Assembly: GCA_965218795.1 (NCBI GenBank)
Contig: OZ244653.1
Coordinates: 3,104,001 to 3,168,000 of the forward strand
Direction of reading: 5' to 3'
Source of the DNA: a bacterium
GTDB lineage: Bacteria; UBA8248; JACPRG01; G963555815
DNA: 64,000 nucleotides
The notes beneath the pieces were generated by a model that did no database searches, was not told the DNA's origin, and worked only from the letters and a program-made list of their open reading frames with translations. Below, one piece after another: positions 29,168 to 38,665 of this stretch (positions are counted from its first letter, which is position 1; the number at the start of each line of letters is the position of its first letter). The position numbers and the translations under genes were made by a program.

Positions 29168-30157
29168 CTAGTTCTTCAGGGGTTTCGGAATGAACGGCAC
29201 CTTGATCTTTCCGGCGATGATGTCGTCCCGAATCTTCAGCACTTTGTCCTGTATGGATTTGGGGACGTTGTGAAACTCGGAAAGATCGGTGACCCCTCCG
29301 ACCTTCATCGGATTGACATAAAGGCCGGGGGTGAAGGACCCGTCCTTGAAATACTTGACGATGGGATCAACGGCGGTTCCGCCGTAATCGACGAGTTGCG
29401 TCACGATCACGGCCTTGGGCGCCACCTTGTATTGGTCGAGCCCGTTTCCGATCGCCATAACCCCCTTGTCCTGCGCCGCCCGGACAATCGCCAGGCCCGC
29501 GTGGTCGGCCACATGGTAGAGAACGTCCGCGCCGGCGGAGATCTGCGCCAAGGCCGCCTCCTTGGCCTTGCTCAGGTCTTCAAAGCTGTTGATGTACACC
29601 ATATGGATTTTCGCGCAGGGGTTGACCGCCTTGGCGCCGAGCCGGAAGGCCTCCGCCTGTGAGACGATGGAAGGAAACGGGAACCCGCCGATTGCCCCCA
29701 ACTGGTTCTTTTTCGTCATCATCCCGGCCAATGCGCCCGCGACGTAGGCGCTCTCGTTGCTGGCAATCTGGAGCACGCGAACGTTCTTCTGCTTCCCGTC
29801 CTTGTTCACAATCCCGAGGATATTGAGGAATTTCGTTTTTGGAAACTTGGGGGCGACCTTCATGATCGGATCGCCGAACTGGAACCCCTGCCCGACGACC
29901 ACGTCGTATCCCTGGACGGCGTAATTGCTCAGTGTGGAGACGAATTTCGGAGGCGGGGTGTTCTCCGAGAAAGCGACCTCGTACCCCATCTTTTTCAGGC
30001 GCAACACCGCCTCGTATCCCGTCTGGTTGAATCCCTCGTCGTTGATGGTTCCGGGAAGCACCCAGGCCACCCGCTTTTGAGCCCAGGCCTGTCCTCCTGT
30101 CAGAAACGATGTGATCAAGAAGCCTGCGGCCGCAATCCCTATGAGAATTTTCTTCAT
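29168..30157 (-). CDS. BMP-family (purine/nucleoside) ABC substrate-binding protein
   Basis: Signal peptide ending AWA; PGTINDEGFNQ, AYVAGALAG, GAIGG..FP, SFEDLSKAKEAA.AQI..GADV and DIIAGKIKVP motifs. Confidence 0.9.
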   Translation of the reverse strand: MKKILIGIAAAGFLITSFLTGGQAWAQKRVAWVLPGTINDEGFNQTGYEAVLRLKKMGYEVAFSENTPPPKFVSTLSNYAVQGYDVVVGQGFQFGDPIMKVAPKFPKTKFLNILGIVNKDGKQKNVRVLQIASNESAYVAGALAGMMTKKNQLGAIGGFPFPSIVSQAEAFRLGAKAVNPCAKIHMVYINSFEDLSKAKEAALAQISAGADVLYHVADHAGLAIVRAAQDKGVMAIGNGLDQYKVAPKAVIVTQLVDYGGTAVDPIVKYFKDGSFTPGLYVNPMKVGGVTDLSEFHNVPKSIQDKVLKIRDDIIAGKIKVPFIPKPLKN

Positions 30158-30321
30158 TTCACTTCCTCCTTTCCATGGCGATATGCCTTTGAGCCCTTCC
30201 GGAACTCACGTGTCGCCCCCTCGGACCGATCGGCGCCCGGAGGATACCGGCCGGGTATTCGGTATTCCGAGGAAGCGTCCTACACTCCACCCGCTTCTGC
30301 GCTTCCGGCCTCAACCTCCGC

Positions 30322-30728
30322 TCATTTGGGGTTGGGACGGGGCTTCGGAATAAACGGGACCTCGGTCTTCCCGTCGAGGATATCCTGGCGGGCCTTCATC
30401 ACCCGTTCTCTGATCGACTGCGAGACGTTGCCGTGAATCTTGCTGAAGTCCGTGACCCCTGACTTCATGCTATACCGAAGGTCGATACGAACTTCGGCGG
30501 CGGGGTGAGCTCGAAGAACGCGGTCTTGACGCCGTGCATTTTCCGAAGCCTCACCAGTCCGCTGTATGCGCTCTGATTGAAACCGTTGTCGTTGATGGTT
30601 CCAGGCAGGACCAGCGCCACCCTTTTTGGGGCCAGGGCCGGTCCCGTCCCCATCCACAGGACAACGAAAAAAACGGCGGTCGATATTGTTGCGAGAATCG
30701 GCCTGATGTCTGTCCCTCCCTCAGACAA
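30322..30728 (-). pseudogene. Second BMP paralog with a large internal deletion
   Basis: N-terminus KRVALVLPGTINDNGFNQ...TPPPKFVST is fused at ~30475 to C-terminus MKSGVTD...DILDGKTEVPFIPKP; both match 29168..30157. Confidence 0.85.
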
Positions 30729-30826
30729 ATGAGTTCACTTCGCGATCCAGTGCCCTGGCGAAACTCTGATTAATAGGCAGGACATTATACATATAGTTAT
30801 GATTCTACGGAGATGAGGACATTTGT

Positions 30827-30980
30827 ATGTGCCAGCAAACGTTTTCAGAGACGGGGTTCGAGAAGTACCAGAAGAAGACGAGGAAGGAACAGTTTTTGGA
30901 GGAGATGGAAGGAATTATACCGCGGAAAGAGCTGACGGAAGCCATAGAACCCTTCTATCCCAAACCGGAGGGGGGGGCGG
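30827..30980 (+). pseudogene. IS5 (IS5 subgroup) transposase N-terminal fragment
   Basis: QQTFSETGFEKYQKKTRKEQFLEEMEGIIP.KEL...IEPFYPKPEGG. Confidence 0.75.
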
Positions 30981-31640
30981 GAATGGCCATGACCCTCTTC
31001 GCGCGCAGGGCGGCGTATTTGGCCTTGTAGAGAGGTTCGTAGGCCTCGGAGAGCAGCGTGGCGAGGACAATTCTGCCGACACCGGGAAGTGATGCCAGGA
31101 TTGCCGCGTCACGCTGCGGTTCCATCCCCGGGCTGGCCTCCGGATTTTCAGAGAGGCTCCCACGGCCGCGGTCAGCCGGTCCATTTGACGATATGCCCTC
31201 GCCAGCTGGTTGGCGACAAGTTGGAGCTGGCTGACGATGACCTCGATATGGGCGACGGCCGCTTCGGTAGTTTGGGGCGCGACGACGATGGCCAGCTCCC
31301 GCAAGCGCTTCAGGACTTCCTGAGCGCTGATGGATCGCACGCGATGGCACTTGAGGAACTTCTCCACGGCGGCCAAGCGGAGGCATCCGGCTTTGGCGGG
31401 CGTCGGCGCGAGCACCCACAGATTGAGCACCCAGGCCCTGGTCAAATCGCTCTCGACCTTGAGAAGCTGGGGAAAATAGCGCCAGAGCTCCTGTCTCAGG
31501 CGGTTCACCAAGCGGGTCCGTTCACCGGTAAGGTCGTTGGCGATGCGCGTCCACTCGCGAAGCTGGATCACTTCAGGCGTGTCCGTATCGAGCTTGCGGA
31601 AGAAGCGGCGATCAGTGCGCAGCGCATCGGCCAGCGTGAG
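30980..31640 (-). pseudogene. IS110 transposase fragment, frameshifted
   Basis: LADALRTD...IQLREWTR...ERTRLVNRLRQELWRYFPQ and RDAAILASLPGVGRIVLATLLSEA. Confidence 0.8.
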
Positions 31641-31699
31641 GATGGCGTTACCCCGTCCGAGCGCCTGTACGACACGGAGCGTGATGACAGACCTGCGCT

Positions 31700-31835
31700 G
31701 TGATTGGATTCCGTGTGATTCCCAATAGATTCCCAGTACGGTAAAATCGCGCTGCTTTGATAAACGAAAATCATGGAAACTTATTTATTTACAATAAGTT
31801 GAATTGGTTACAGTGGACGGGATTTGGACCCTCGA
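31700..31835 (-). other. Putative degenerate att-site scar (tRNA 3'-half-like) with arm-type repeats
   Basis: The reverse complement of 31805-31834 is CGAGGGTCCAAATCCCGTCCACTGTAACCA, resembling a T-arm plus CCA. It adjoins an AT-rich tract and three GATTCC repeats 10-11 bp apart (31707-31734). Confidence 0.35.
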
Positions 31836-31869
31836 AATTCAGTTTGTCAGGCTGAAGAAGACGCCGAGC

Positions 31870-32478
31870 TCAGTCGAGGTAACCCGGCTTCGCGAGCTTG
31901 GCCTTGACGGCTTCGGCTTCCTCGGGGGTGTAGTGGTAATCTCCCTGTTCGAGGTGGCCGAGCGCCTCAAGGGTATCCAGTATCCGGCCCGCGCTTTCCT
32001 CGGGGATTTCTTTATCGGTTTCAACGACCAGCTCGGGATCCTCCGGTTCCTCGTAGGGATCGGATACGCCGGTGAAGTTCTTGATTTCCCCACTGAACGC
32101 CTTGGCGTACATCCCCTTCACGTCCCTGCGGGCGCACTCCTCCACCGGGCACTTGACGTAGACCTCCACGAAATTTTCGATCTGCTCGCGAACCTGTGTC
32201 CGGATTTCGCTGTAAGGCGAGATGACTGCCGTGATGGTGGGCACCCCGTTTCGGTTGAGAAGGTGATTGAGGAAACCGACCCGAAGAATGTGAATGTCGC
32301 GGTCCTTTTTTGAAAACCCCAATTCCGAGCTCAGGCGCCTGCGAACCTCATCACCGTCGAAGACTTCGACGTGAGGAAAATCCCTGGCGTACAATCTGTC
32401 CTTGAGGATCAAGGAGAGTGTGCTTTTGCCCGAGCAAGGCAATCCGGTCATCCATACGGTAAAGCTCGATGAACCCAT
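31870..32478 (-). CDS. cysC: Adenylyl-sulfate kinase
   Basis: WMTGLPCSGKST, DGDEVR, LGFSKKDRD, ISPY, RDVKGMYAKA and FTGVSDPYE; start MGSSSF. Confidence 0.95.
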   Translation of the reverse strand: MGSSSFTVWMTGLPCSGKSTLSLILKDRLYARDFPHVEVFDGDEVRRRLSSELGFSKKDRDIHILRVGFLNHLLNRNGVPTITAVISPYSEIRTQVREQIENFVEVYVKCPVEECARRDVKGMYAKAFSGEIKNFTGVSDPYEEPEDPELVVETDKEIPEESAGRILDTLEALGHLEQGDYHYTPEEAEAVKAKLAKPGYLD

Positions 32479-32518
32479 AGGCGTCCCTTCTTTTCGCTCG
32501 ATCGGATCAGCGGTGAAC

Positions 32519-33694
32519 TCAGCCGACGCGTTGCGTGTCGCCCGCATAGGCTTGAATCAAGATCTTCGCCACCTCGGCCCGCGTCCATTCGGGGGACGGC
32601 ATCTCTCCTTTTCCCAGCATCTCCCGGACTCTGGTGCCGCTCAGAAAGACGCGGTTTTCCGGTTCGTGGGGACAGGTCTTCGTCGTCGCCATCCCTTCGC
32701 AGACGGTGCAGAAAAAGGAGTGATCGAACAAAAGCGGCTGGATGCCGATGGCCTCCGGATCAAATTCCTTGAAGATGTGGTGTGCGTCGTAGGTTCCGTA
32801 ATAGTTGCCCACTCCGGCGTGGTCTCGGCCGACGATGAAGTGGGTGCAGCCGAAATTTTTCCGCACAATCGCGTGGAAGACGGCCTCCTTCGGTCCCGCG
32901 TAGCGCATGGCGGCGGGAAATACGGACAGAACCGCCCGATCGTCGGGAAGGTATTTGTCCAGTATCACCTGGTAACAGTCCATGCGGACATTGGCGGGGA
33001 TGTCGTCGTCCTTGGTCGCTCCGACGAGCGGATGGATCATCAATCCGTCCACGCACTCCAGGGCCACCTTCATCAGGTATTCATGCGCCCGGTGGATGGG
33101 GTTCCGCGTTTGGAAGGCCACGACGGTCTCCCAATTCCGTAGCTGGAAGAGCATCCGCGTCTCTTTAGGCTCCAGATACCTGTGAGCCCATTCGGGGAAG
33201 GCGTTCCTGCGCAGCAACCTCACGGGACCGCCGAGAAGTACTTCACCCCTGCGGCGGAGCGTCTGAACGCCCGGATGATCGTCGTCCGCGGTCCGGAAGA
33301 CTTCCTGGGCCTCCTTGTCGAGATCGGCCGAAAACCGCTCCTCGACAGTCATCACCCCGACCCGGCTTCCGGTCTCTTCGTCAGCGAGGGCCACCTCATC
33401 GCCCTCGGAGACTCCGGCCGCTGTCCCGGCATCCGCGCCCAATACGATGGGGAGCGTCCAGGGCAGCCCCGACGAGGCCAAGTGACCCGTCTCCACCACG
33501 CTCTCGTAATCGGCCTTCCCCATGAACCCGCTGAGCGGGCTGTAGGCTCCGGTCGAGATCAACTCCAGGTCCGCCCGCTCCATCATCGTTAAGGGGACCC
33601 AAGGGAACTCTTCGGACCTTTCGAGAATGTCGGGCAGTTCTTCTTCGGAAACCGTTTGATCAATCAGCAGACCGCCGTGCGGCCTAATCGGCAT
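32519..33694 (-). CDS. sat: Sulfate adenylyltransferase (ATP sulfurylase)
   Basis: PHGG, YSPLSGFM, AFQTRNPIHRAHE, MRYAGPKEA, GRDHAGVG and LSGTRVREML. Confidence 0.97.
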   Translation of the reverse strand: MPIRPHGGLLIDQTVSEEELPDILERSEEFPWVPLTMMERADLELISTGAYSPLSGFMGKADYESVVETGHLASSGLPWTLPIVLGADAGTAAGVSEGDEVALADEETGSRVGVMTVEERFSADLDKEAQEVFRTADDDHPGVQTLRRRGEVLLGGPVRLLRRNAFPEWAHRYLEPKETRMLFQLRNWETVVAFQTRNPIHRAHEYLMKVALECVDGLMIHPLVGATKDDDIPANVRMDCYQVILDKYLPDDRAVLSVFPAAMRYAGPKEAVFHAIVRKNFGCTHFIVGRDHAGVGNYYGTYDAHHIFKEFDPEAIGIQPLLFDHSFFCTVCEGMATTKTCPHEPENRVFLSGTRVREMLGKGEMPSPEWTRAEVAKILIQAYAGDTQRVG

Positions 33695-33797
33695 CGTTCC
33701 GTCTCATGCAGGATAGGAAATAAGCGCGGGGAGAGCCCCCGGCTCGATATTACGCGCGTGTTCCGTTAACGCTATTCACACACCGCCCCAGAACCCG

Positions 33798-35096
33798 TCA
33801 AGACGCAACTGGAACGGGCTGACGGTAATGCGATTCCCGAATACTGAAGCTCAGGATGGAGGCCGTGACCAACAAAACGGCGGCCACGACAAACACAGGT
33901 GTATAGGAACCCGTCAGATCGAATACATACCCGCCGGCGAAGGCTCCGACGGCCGATCCAATCTGATGGATTCCGGAGATTGACCCGTACAGGAAGCCCA
34001 CGTTCCGGGAGCCGTAGATCTCGCGGGTCAGGGTCGCTGTCGGCGGCACGGTCGCAAACCAGGAGAATCCGGTCGCTATGGCGAAGATGTACAACGTCAG
34101 GTAGTTTTGCCATAAGGCGAAGAAGAGGAACGACATGCCCCGGATAAAATAGGTGACCGCCAAGGGATTTTTTCTGCCAACCCTGTCCGATATCCACCCT
34201 GAAAAGAGGGTTCCGAATACGTTGCAGAATCCGGCAGCGGCCACAGCCACGGCAGCTACACTGATGTCGAAACCCGCGTCCGTAACGTAGGAAGGGAAGT
34301 GAACAGCGAACAGCATGACGGTAAATCCGCATGTGAAGAAAGAACACGCAAGCAGCCAGAAGGGCGTGGTTCTCAATGCCTCGCGTCCGGTCAGGTGCTC
34401 CAGGTTATTGGAGCGAACGGCCGTTCTCGCCGAGGCGGAACCGGCGGTCCCCTCCCGGACGACTTCTCCATCCGGTAAGAGACCCATATCTTCCGGCTTG
34501 TTGCGAACAATCAGAAGAACCAGTGGAAATGCCGTTGCCAAAAGGATGATCCCCAAGAGCGGAAACGCCCATCTCCAGCCTATGGCCAGAATCAGGAAGC
34601 TCGACAGCGGGACGACGATCAACTGTCCCAGCGGCGCTCCGGCGTTGCAGATCCCGACGGCGGTTCCCCGCTTCTCGTGGAACCACTGCATGACGCACGT
34701 CGCACTGGGGACGAAGCTGGTGGAGGCGGCGCCGACGGCGACGATGACCCCATAGAACAGGTACACCATCCAAAGGTTCTGCGTGAGCCCCAGGAGCATA
34801 TAGCCCAGCGCAATCAAGGTGATTCCCGACGTGATCACCGGCCTGGACCCATACCTGTCGAGACAATGACCGATGAAGGGACTCAGCAAGGCAATCAGAA
34901 AATAGGCCAGCGAGACGGAGCCCGAAAGCTCGGTCCGGTTCCAGCCGAATTCATTCAGAAGCGGTTTGAAGAAAAACCCGATGGAAGCCGTCGTTCCAAA
35001 GGTCATGCATAAGGAAAACGTCAGTGTCGCCAGGACAAACCAGCCGAAAAAGATCCTGCGGCTCGGCCTGCCTTTGGATGTCATATCGGATGCCAT
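33798..35096 (-). CDS. MFS transporter
   Basis: About 12 TM segments; G..LDRYGSR and GWISDRVGRK motifs; WFHEKRG. Confidence 0.9.
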   Translation of the reverse strand: MASDMTSKGRPSRRIFFGWFVLATLTFSLCMTFGTTASIGFFFKPLLNEFGWNRTELSGSVSLAYFLIALLSPFIGHCLDRYGSRPVITSGITLIALGYMLLGLTQNLWMVYLFYGVIVAVGAASTSFVPSATCVMQWFHEKRGTAVGICNAGAPLGQLIVVPLSSFLILAIGWRWAFPLLGIILLATAFPLVLLIVRNKPEDMGLLPDGEVVREGTAGSASARTAVRSNNLEHLTGREALRTTPFWLLACSFFTCGFTVMLFAVHFPSYVTDAGFDISVAAVAVAAAGFCNVFGTLFSGWISDRVGRKNPLAVTYFIRGMSFLFFALWQNYLTLYIFAIATGFSWFATVPPTATLTREIYGSRNVGFLYGSISGIHQIGSAVGAFAGGYVFDLTGSYTPVFVVAAVLLVTASILSFSIRESHYRQPVPVAS

Positions 35097-35099
35097 GCC

Positions 35100-36386
35100 T
35101 TATCCCTCTGCCGGGACCATATCCCGGTACTTGGATTCCTGAATCAGAAAGCTCACGAAGGCCGCGCCCATCAAGAGGATGAAGGCCATGATGTAAGCCC
35201 CCTGGTACGACCCCGTCCGATCGAACACGAGTCCGCCAAGGTAGACCCCGGTCGCGGATCCCACTTGGTGCACCCCCGTCATGGCCCCATAAATCACACC
35301 CATGTTCCTGAGACCGTAGATGTCTCCCGCCAAACCCGCCGTCAAGGGGACCGTCGCAAAATAGGAGAACCCAATGACGGCGGCGAATGCGAACAGCGTG
35401 AACACATTCTGCCACACCAAAAAGATCAAAAACGAGAGACCCCGGACAAAGTAGGTGATGGCCAGGATGTTCTTTCGGCCCACCCGGTCGGAGACCACCC
35501 CGGCCGTCAACGTTCCGAGGACATTGAAAAACCCGGAAAAGGATACGGCAGCGGCGGCCGTCAGCGAGTCAAAACCCAGGTCGGTGGCATAAGGGACGGT
35601 GTGGATGCTGAACATCGTGACCGTAAATCCGCAAACGAAATACCCCCCCGATATCAGAAAAAAAGGGGATGTCTTCATGGCTTCCCGCCAGCTGAGGTGC
35701 GCCAAACTCCTCGACGGAGCGCCGGAGCTCCCCATCTTGGCAGCGGACGCATTCTCCGCCGGGCGGCCGTCGGGGCGCAGCCCCAGATCCCGGGGGTCAT
35801 TCCTGATGACGACAAGGATGACCGGCAGCGTGGTCACGGCCAAGATCACCGCACTGTAGACGAAGGCCTGCCTCCACCCCACTTGCTCAATCAAGAATGC
35901 CGCAAGATAGATCACCAACAGGAGGCCGAGCGCGCCCCCGGCATTCCCGATGCTGAGGGCCATTCCCCGCCGTTTCTCGAACCATCGGACCACCGTGGCC
36001 GAAACGGTGACAAAGGTGGTTGACGCCCCGCCCAGCGCCACCAAAACGCCGTAGTAGAAATACACGTGCCACAGCTTCGAGACGACGGACATCAGCCCGA
36101 AGCCGACGGCCATCAGAATGATTCCGACCACGAATACGGTACGAACGCCGAACCGATCGACGATTCGCCCGACGATGGGGCAGGAAATCGCAAACAGAAG
36201 AAACCCAACCGAGATACCCAGGGACAGATCGGCCCGAAGCCAGTTGAATTCCTCGATAATCGGCTTGAAGTACACGCCGATGGACGTACTGGTGCCGAAC
36301 GACATGCAAAGCACGAACGTCGTCGCGGCCAAGACATACCAGCCGTAGAAGACGCCAGTTCCGGATTTTGAACCGCTTGTCGTCAT
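35100..36386 (-). CDS. MFS transporter (paralog of the neighbour)
   Basis: GRIVDRFGVR, WFEKRRG and GVVSDRVGRK motifs. Confidence 0.9.
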   Translation of the reverse strand: MTTSGSKSGTGVFYGWYVLAATTFVLCMSFGTSTSIGVYFKPIIEEFNWLRADLSLGISVGFLLFAISCPIVGRIVDRFGVRTVFVVGIILMAVGFGLMSVVSKLWHVYFYYGVLVALGGASTTFVTVSATVVRWFEKRRGMALSIGNAGGALGLLLVIYLAAFLIEQVGWRQAFVYSAVILAVTTLPVILVVIRNDPRDLGLRPDGRPAENASAAKMGSSGAPSRSLAHLSWREAMKTSPFFLISGGYFVCGFTVTMFSIHTVPYATDLGFDSLTAAAAVSFSGFFNVLGTLTAGVVSDRVGRKNILAITYFVRGLSFLIFLVWQNVFTLFAFAAVIGFSYFATVPLTAGLAGDIYGLRNMGVIYGAMTGVHQVGSATGVYLGGLVFDRTGSYQGAYIMAFILLMGAAFVSFLIQESKYRDMVPAEG

Positions 36387-36565
36387 GGAGATCTACGCAA
36401 TGTGAACATCCAGTCGGGTATTCGTCACTCGGAACAAACCCATCGTAACACGGAAAAGCCTCTCAAATCCCGTACCCCAGGTGGGGAAACAGAGAATTGT
36501 ACAATCCGTGCAGGCCGTGCAGGCTCAAGCGGCCTCAGGGACCGCCACAGGAGGGGACCGGTTCT

Positions 36566-37555
36566 TCAGCCGTCCAGCTTGAAGAGCCGGACCGCGTTCT
36601 CGCCCAGGGTCTTCTTCGTTTCGTCGTCTGGCCGTCCCCAGTCCTTGATGCTCGTGACCGACCTGTCGAGGTCTCCGATCCGAAACGGGAAGTCGCTTCC
36701 CAGCATCATTTGGTCCGCCCCCGCCAGGGCGTAGGTGCAATCAAGGGCGGGCTTGTAAAAGCTGGTGGTGTCGTAATAAAGCATCCCGTAATACTCGTGG
36801 GGATTCTTCGGGATGTTCTTCTCCGTATCCGGGTAGTTGTACCCCCAGCTGATCCGCTCGGCCAAAAACGGAAGCGCGCCGCCCAGGTGGGTGGCGATCA
36901 TCTTGAGATTCGGAAACTCCTCGAAGATTCCCTGATAGATGAGCTTGGAGTAATGGATGGTAATCTCGAACATGAACCCGATCAACGCCCCGAAATGATG
37001 GTCCTTGAGAAGCGGATGCTTCGCACCCACCGTCGGATGAAAGATGATCGGGACGTCCAGCTCGGCGGCCTTGGCGATAACGGGTCGGAACCGCTTGTCG
37101 CTGGCGGGAGTCCCCGCGATGTTGGCGAAAGTGAAAAGACCCTTCAGGCCGAGCTCCTTCACGGCACGCTCGAGCTCTTTGGCCCCTTCCTCCGGCTCCT
37201 GCATGTAGACGGAAGCAACGCCCGCGAAGCGATCCGGACGTTTGGCGCAGACCTCCGCCATCTCGTTGTTCAGGTCCCGGCACAAGGCGATTCCTTCCTC
37301 CGGGCCCAGAAGCTCTCCGTTGGGGAAGCCGTTGGTCAGGATTTGCATATCCATCCCGGCCTGATCCATCTGCCGAATGCGCTGCGCAGGGTCAAAGGCG
37401 GGCTCTACGATCGGGCCGTAGTCGATCCCGTTCCAGTAAATCGTCGGCAGGCCGGATTCTCCGTACCTGACCTCGAATTCGTGGCTCGAGCTGAGCGCAT
37501 CGAGGCGGGGAATGTACATCTTCGGGTAGATGTGCGTATGTACGTCGACAATCAT
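36566..37555 (-). CDS. Amidohydrolase_2 family (ACMSD/LigW-like decarboxylase or hydrolase)
   Basis: IVDVHTH, IIFHP, THLGG.LP, YYDT and MLGSDFPF motifs. Confidence 0.88.
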   Translation of the reverse strand: MIVDVHTHIYPKMYIPRLDALSSSHEFEVRYGESGLPTIYWNGIDYGPIVEPAFDPAQRIRQMDQAGMDMQILTNGFPNGELLGPEEGIALCRDLNNEMAEVCAKRPDRFAGVASVYMQEPEEGAKELERAVKELGLKGLFTFANIAGTPASDKRFRPVIAKAAELDVPIIFHPTVGAKHPLLKDHHFGALIGFMFEITIHYSKLIYQGIFEEFPNLKMIATHLGGALPFLAERISWGYNYPDTEKNIPKNPHEYYGMLYYDTTSFYKPALDCTYALAGADQMMLGSDFPFRIGDLDRSVTSIKDWGRPDDETKKTLGENAVRLFKLDG

Positions 37556-37800
37556 TGGGAAGCCCCTTCCACCAAAGTTCCGTAACCATTCGCCTCACCC
37601 CGGCATCTCGAGAATCAGCGATTGCAGGTGTCGAGATGGGATCCTCTTCGAGGACGAGCTTCTCAGCCTCGGCAACGCCGACAAGGCCAAGACCACGAAA
37701 CAAGACTTTGGTTCCGGTGATCGAATGCAGCACCGGCGGGTGTCGATATCGACACTCTAAGCGAGCCGCGTAGCGGTGAGCGGGCAGGTGGAACGCGTTG

Positions 37801-38076
37801 TCAGGCAGCGCCCTCGATCGTCCGCCCGCAGAATCGGCACACTCGCGCCTCCAGCTTTATGACTTCAGCGCAATGAGGGCACTTACGGCGCGTTCCACCC
37901 GACAACTGCTGAGCCTCAAGAGCGGTAACATTGGGCTTGGCCAGAAGCGCGTGGGGTAGCGCCACGATGAAAAGAAGTGCGCCGTAGATCCAGAATCCGA
38001 AAAAGCTCCGACCCTTGCGCCGCGCGATCGCCGCCGGAATAAGACCAAGGACCACAGGGAGTAAAAGAATCTCCAT
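37801..38076 (-). CDS. Small membrane protein with a C-terminal zinc ribbon
   Basis: LGLIPAAIARRKGRSFFGFWIYG.LLFIVAL.HA followed by KCPHCAE.IK.EARVCRFCG; typical of mobile elements. Confidence 0.75.
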   Translation of the reverse strand: MEILLLPVVLGLIPAAIARRKGRSFFGFWIYGALLFIVALPHALLAKPNVTALEAQQLSGGTRRKCPHCAEVIKLEARVCRFCGRTIEGAA

Positions 38077-38112
38077 GCAGAGCTATCTCCAGTAAGTGTG
38101 ACCACCGGTGGA

Positions 38113-38400
38113 TCACAAGTAAAGGGTCTCGCTGCATGGCAGCCTCGCGATGATGACATCTTGGTTTCCAAGCTTCGCGAGAACGGCACCCCGACAGAGC
38201 AGATTCACGCCCCCCATCTGACGCTCACACCAGGCATCGGCGCTATCTACGAACTTCATCGTATTGAGACGCCAGATGACCAGGGTGCGGCCTTCAGGCA
38301 CCGCGCCGAGCGGCTGCACGACGAAGAGCGTTAGCTGCGTCGTCACAAAGATGACAGCGGCGGCTATACCGATGAGCATGACGACACCTGAGAACTTCAT
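38113..38400 (-). CDS. Hypothetical membrane-anchored protein
   Basis: N-terminal hydrophobic helix; FVVQPLGAVPEGRT...FVDSADAWC...VNLLCRG. Confidence 0.55.
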   Translation of the reverse strand: MKFSGVVMLIGIAAAVIFVTTQLTLFVVQPLGAVPEGRTLVIWRLNTMKFVDSADAWCERQMGGVNLLCRGAVLAKLGNQDVIIARLPCSETLYL

Positions 38401-38665
38401 CGAAGTTGCCGTCCGGCTTCGAGTTCTTGCAGGTCGCAGGACTCCATAATCTGATGGCTCCCGCCGATCACATCAGCAACTTGGGTGCAAATGGACCGGA
38501 GGCAACTTGGTTTCTCAAATCATAACATCAAGTGAAGGGCGAAGCCGAAAGGGTTCCAGTGATATTCCAAGCCGTGCGGTCCTTCGCCCTCGGAAACAGC
38601 CGCAACCCATGAATCATGAAGAGATTATTGAATTCGCTCATCCGTGAGCGATGCCGGCCGCCGTC

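Noticed and set aside
31805-31835. Intact tRNA gene
   Set aside because: Only a degenerate 3' portion; no D or anticodon arms.
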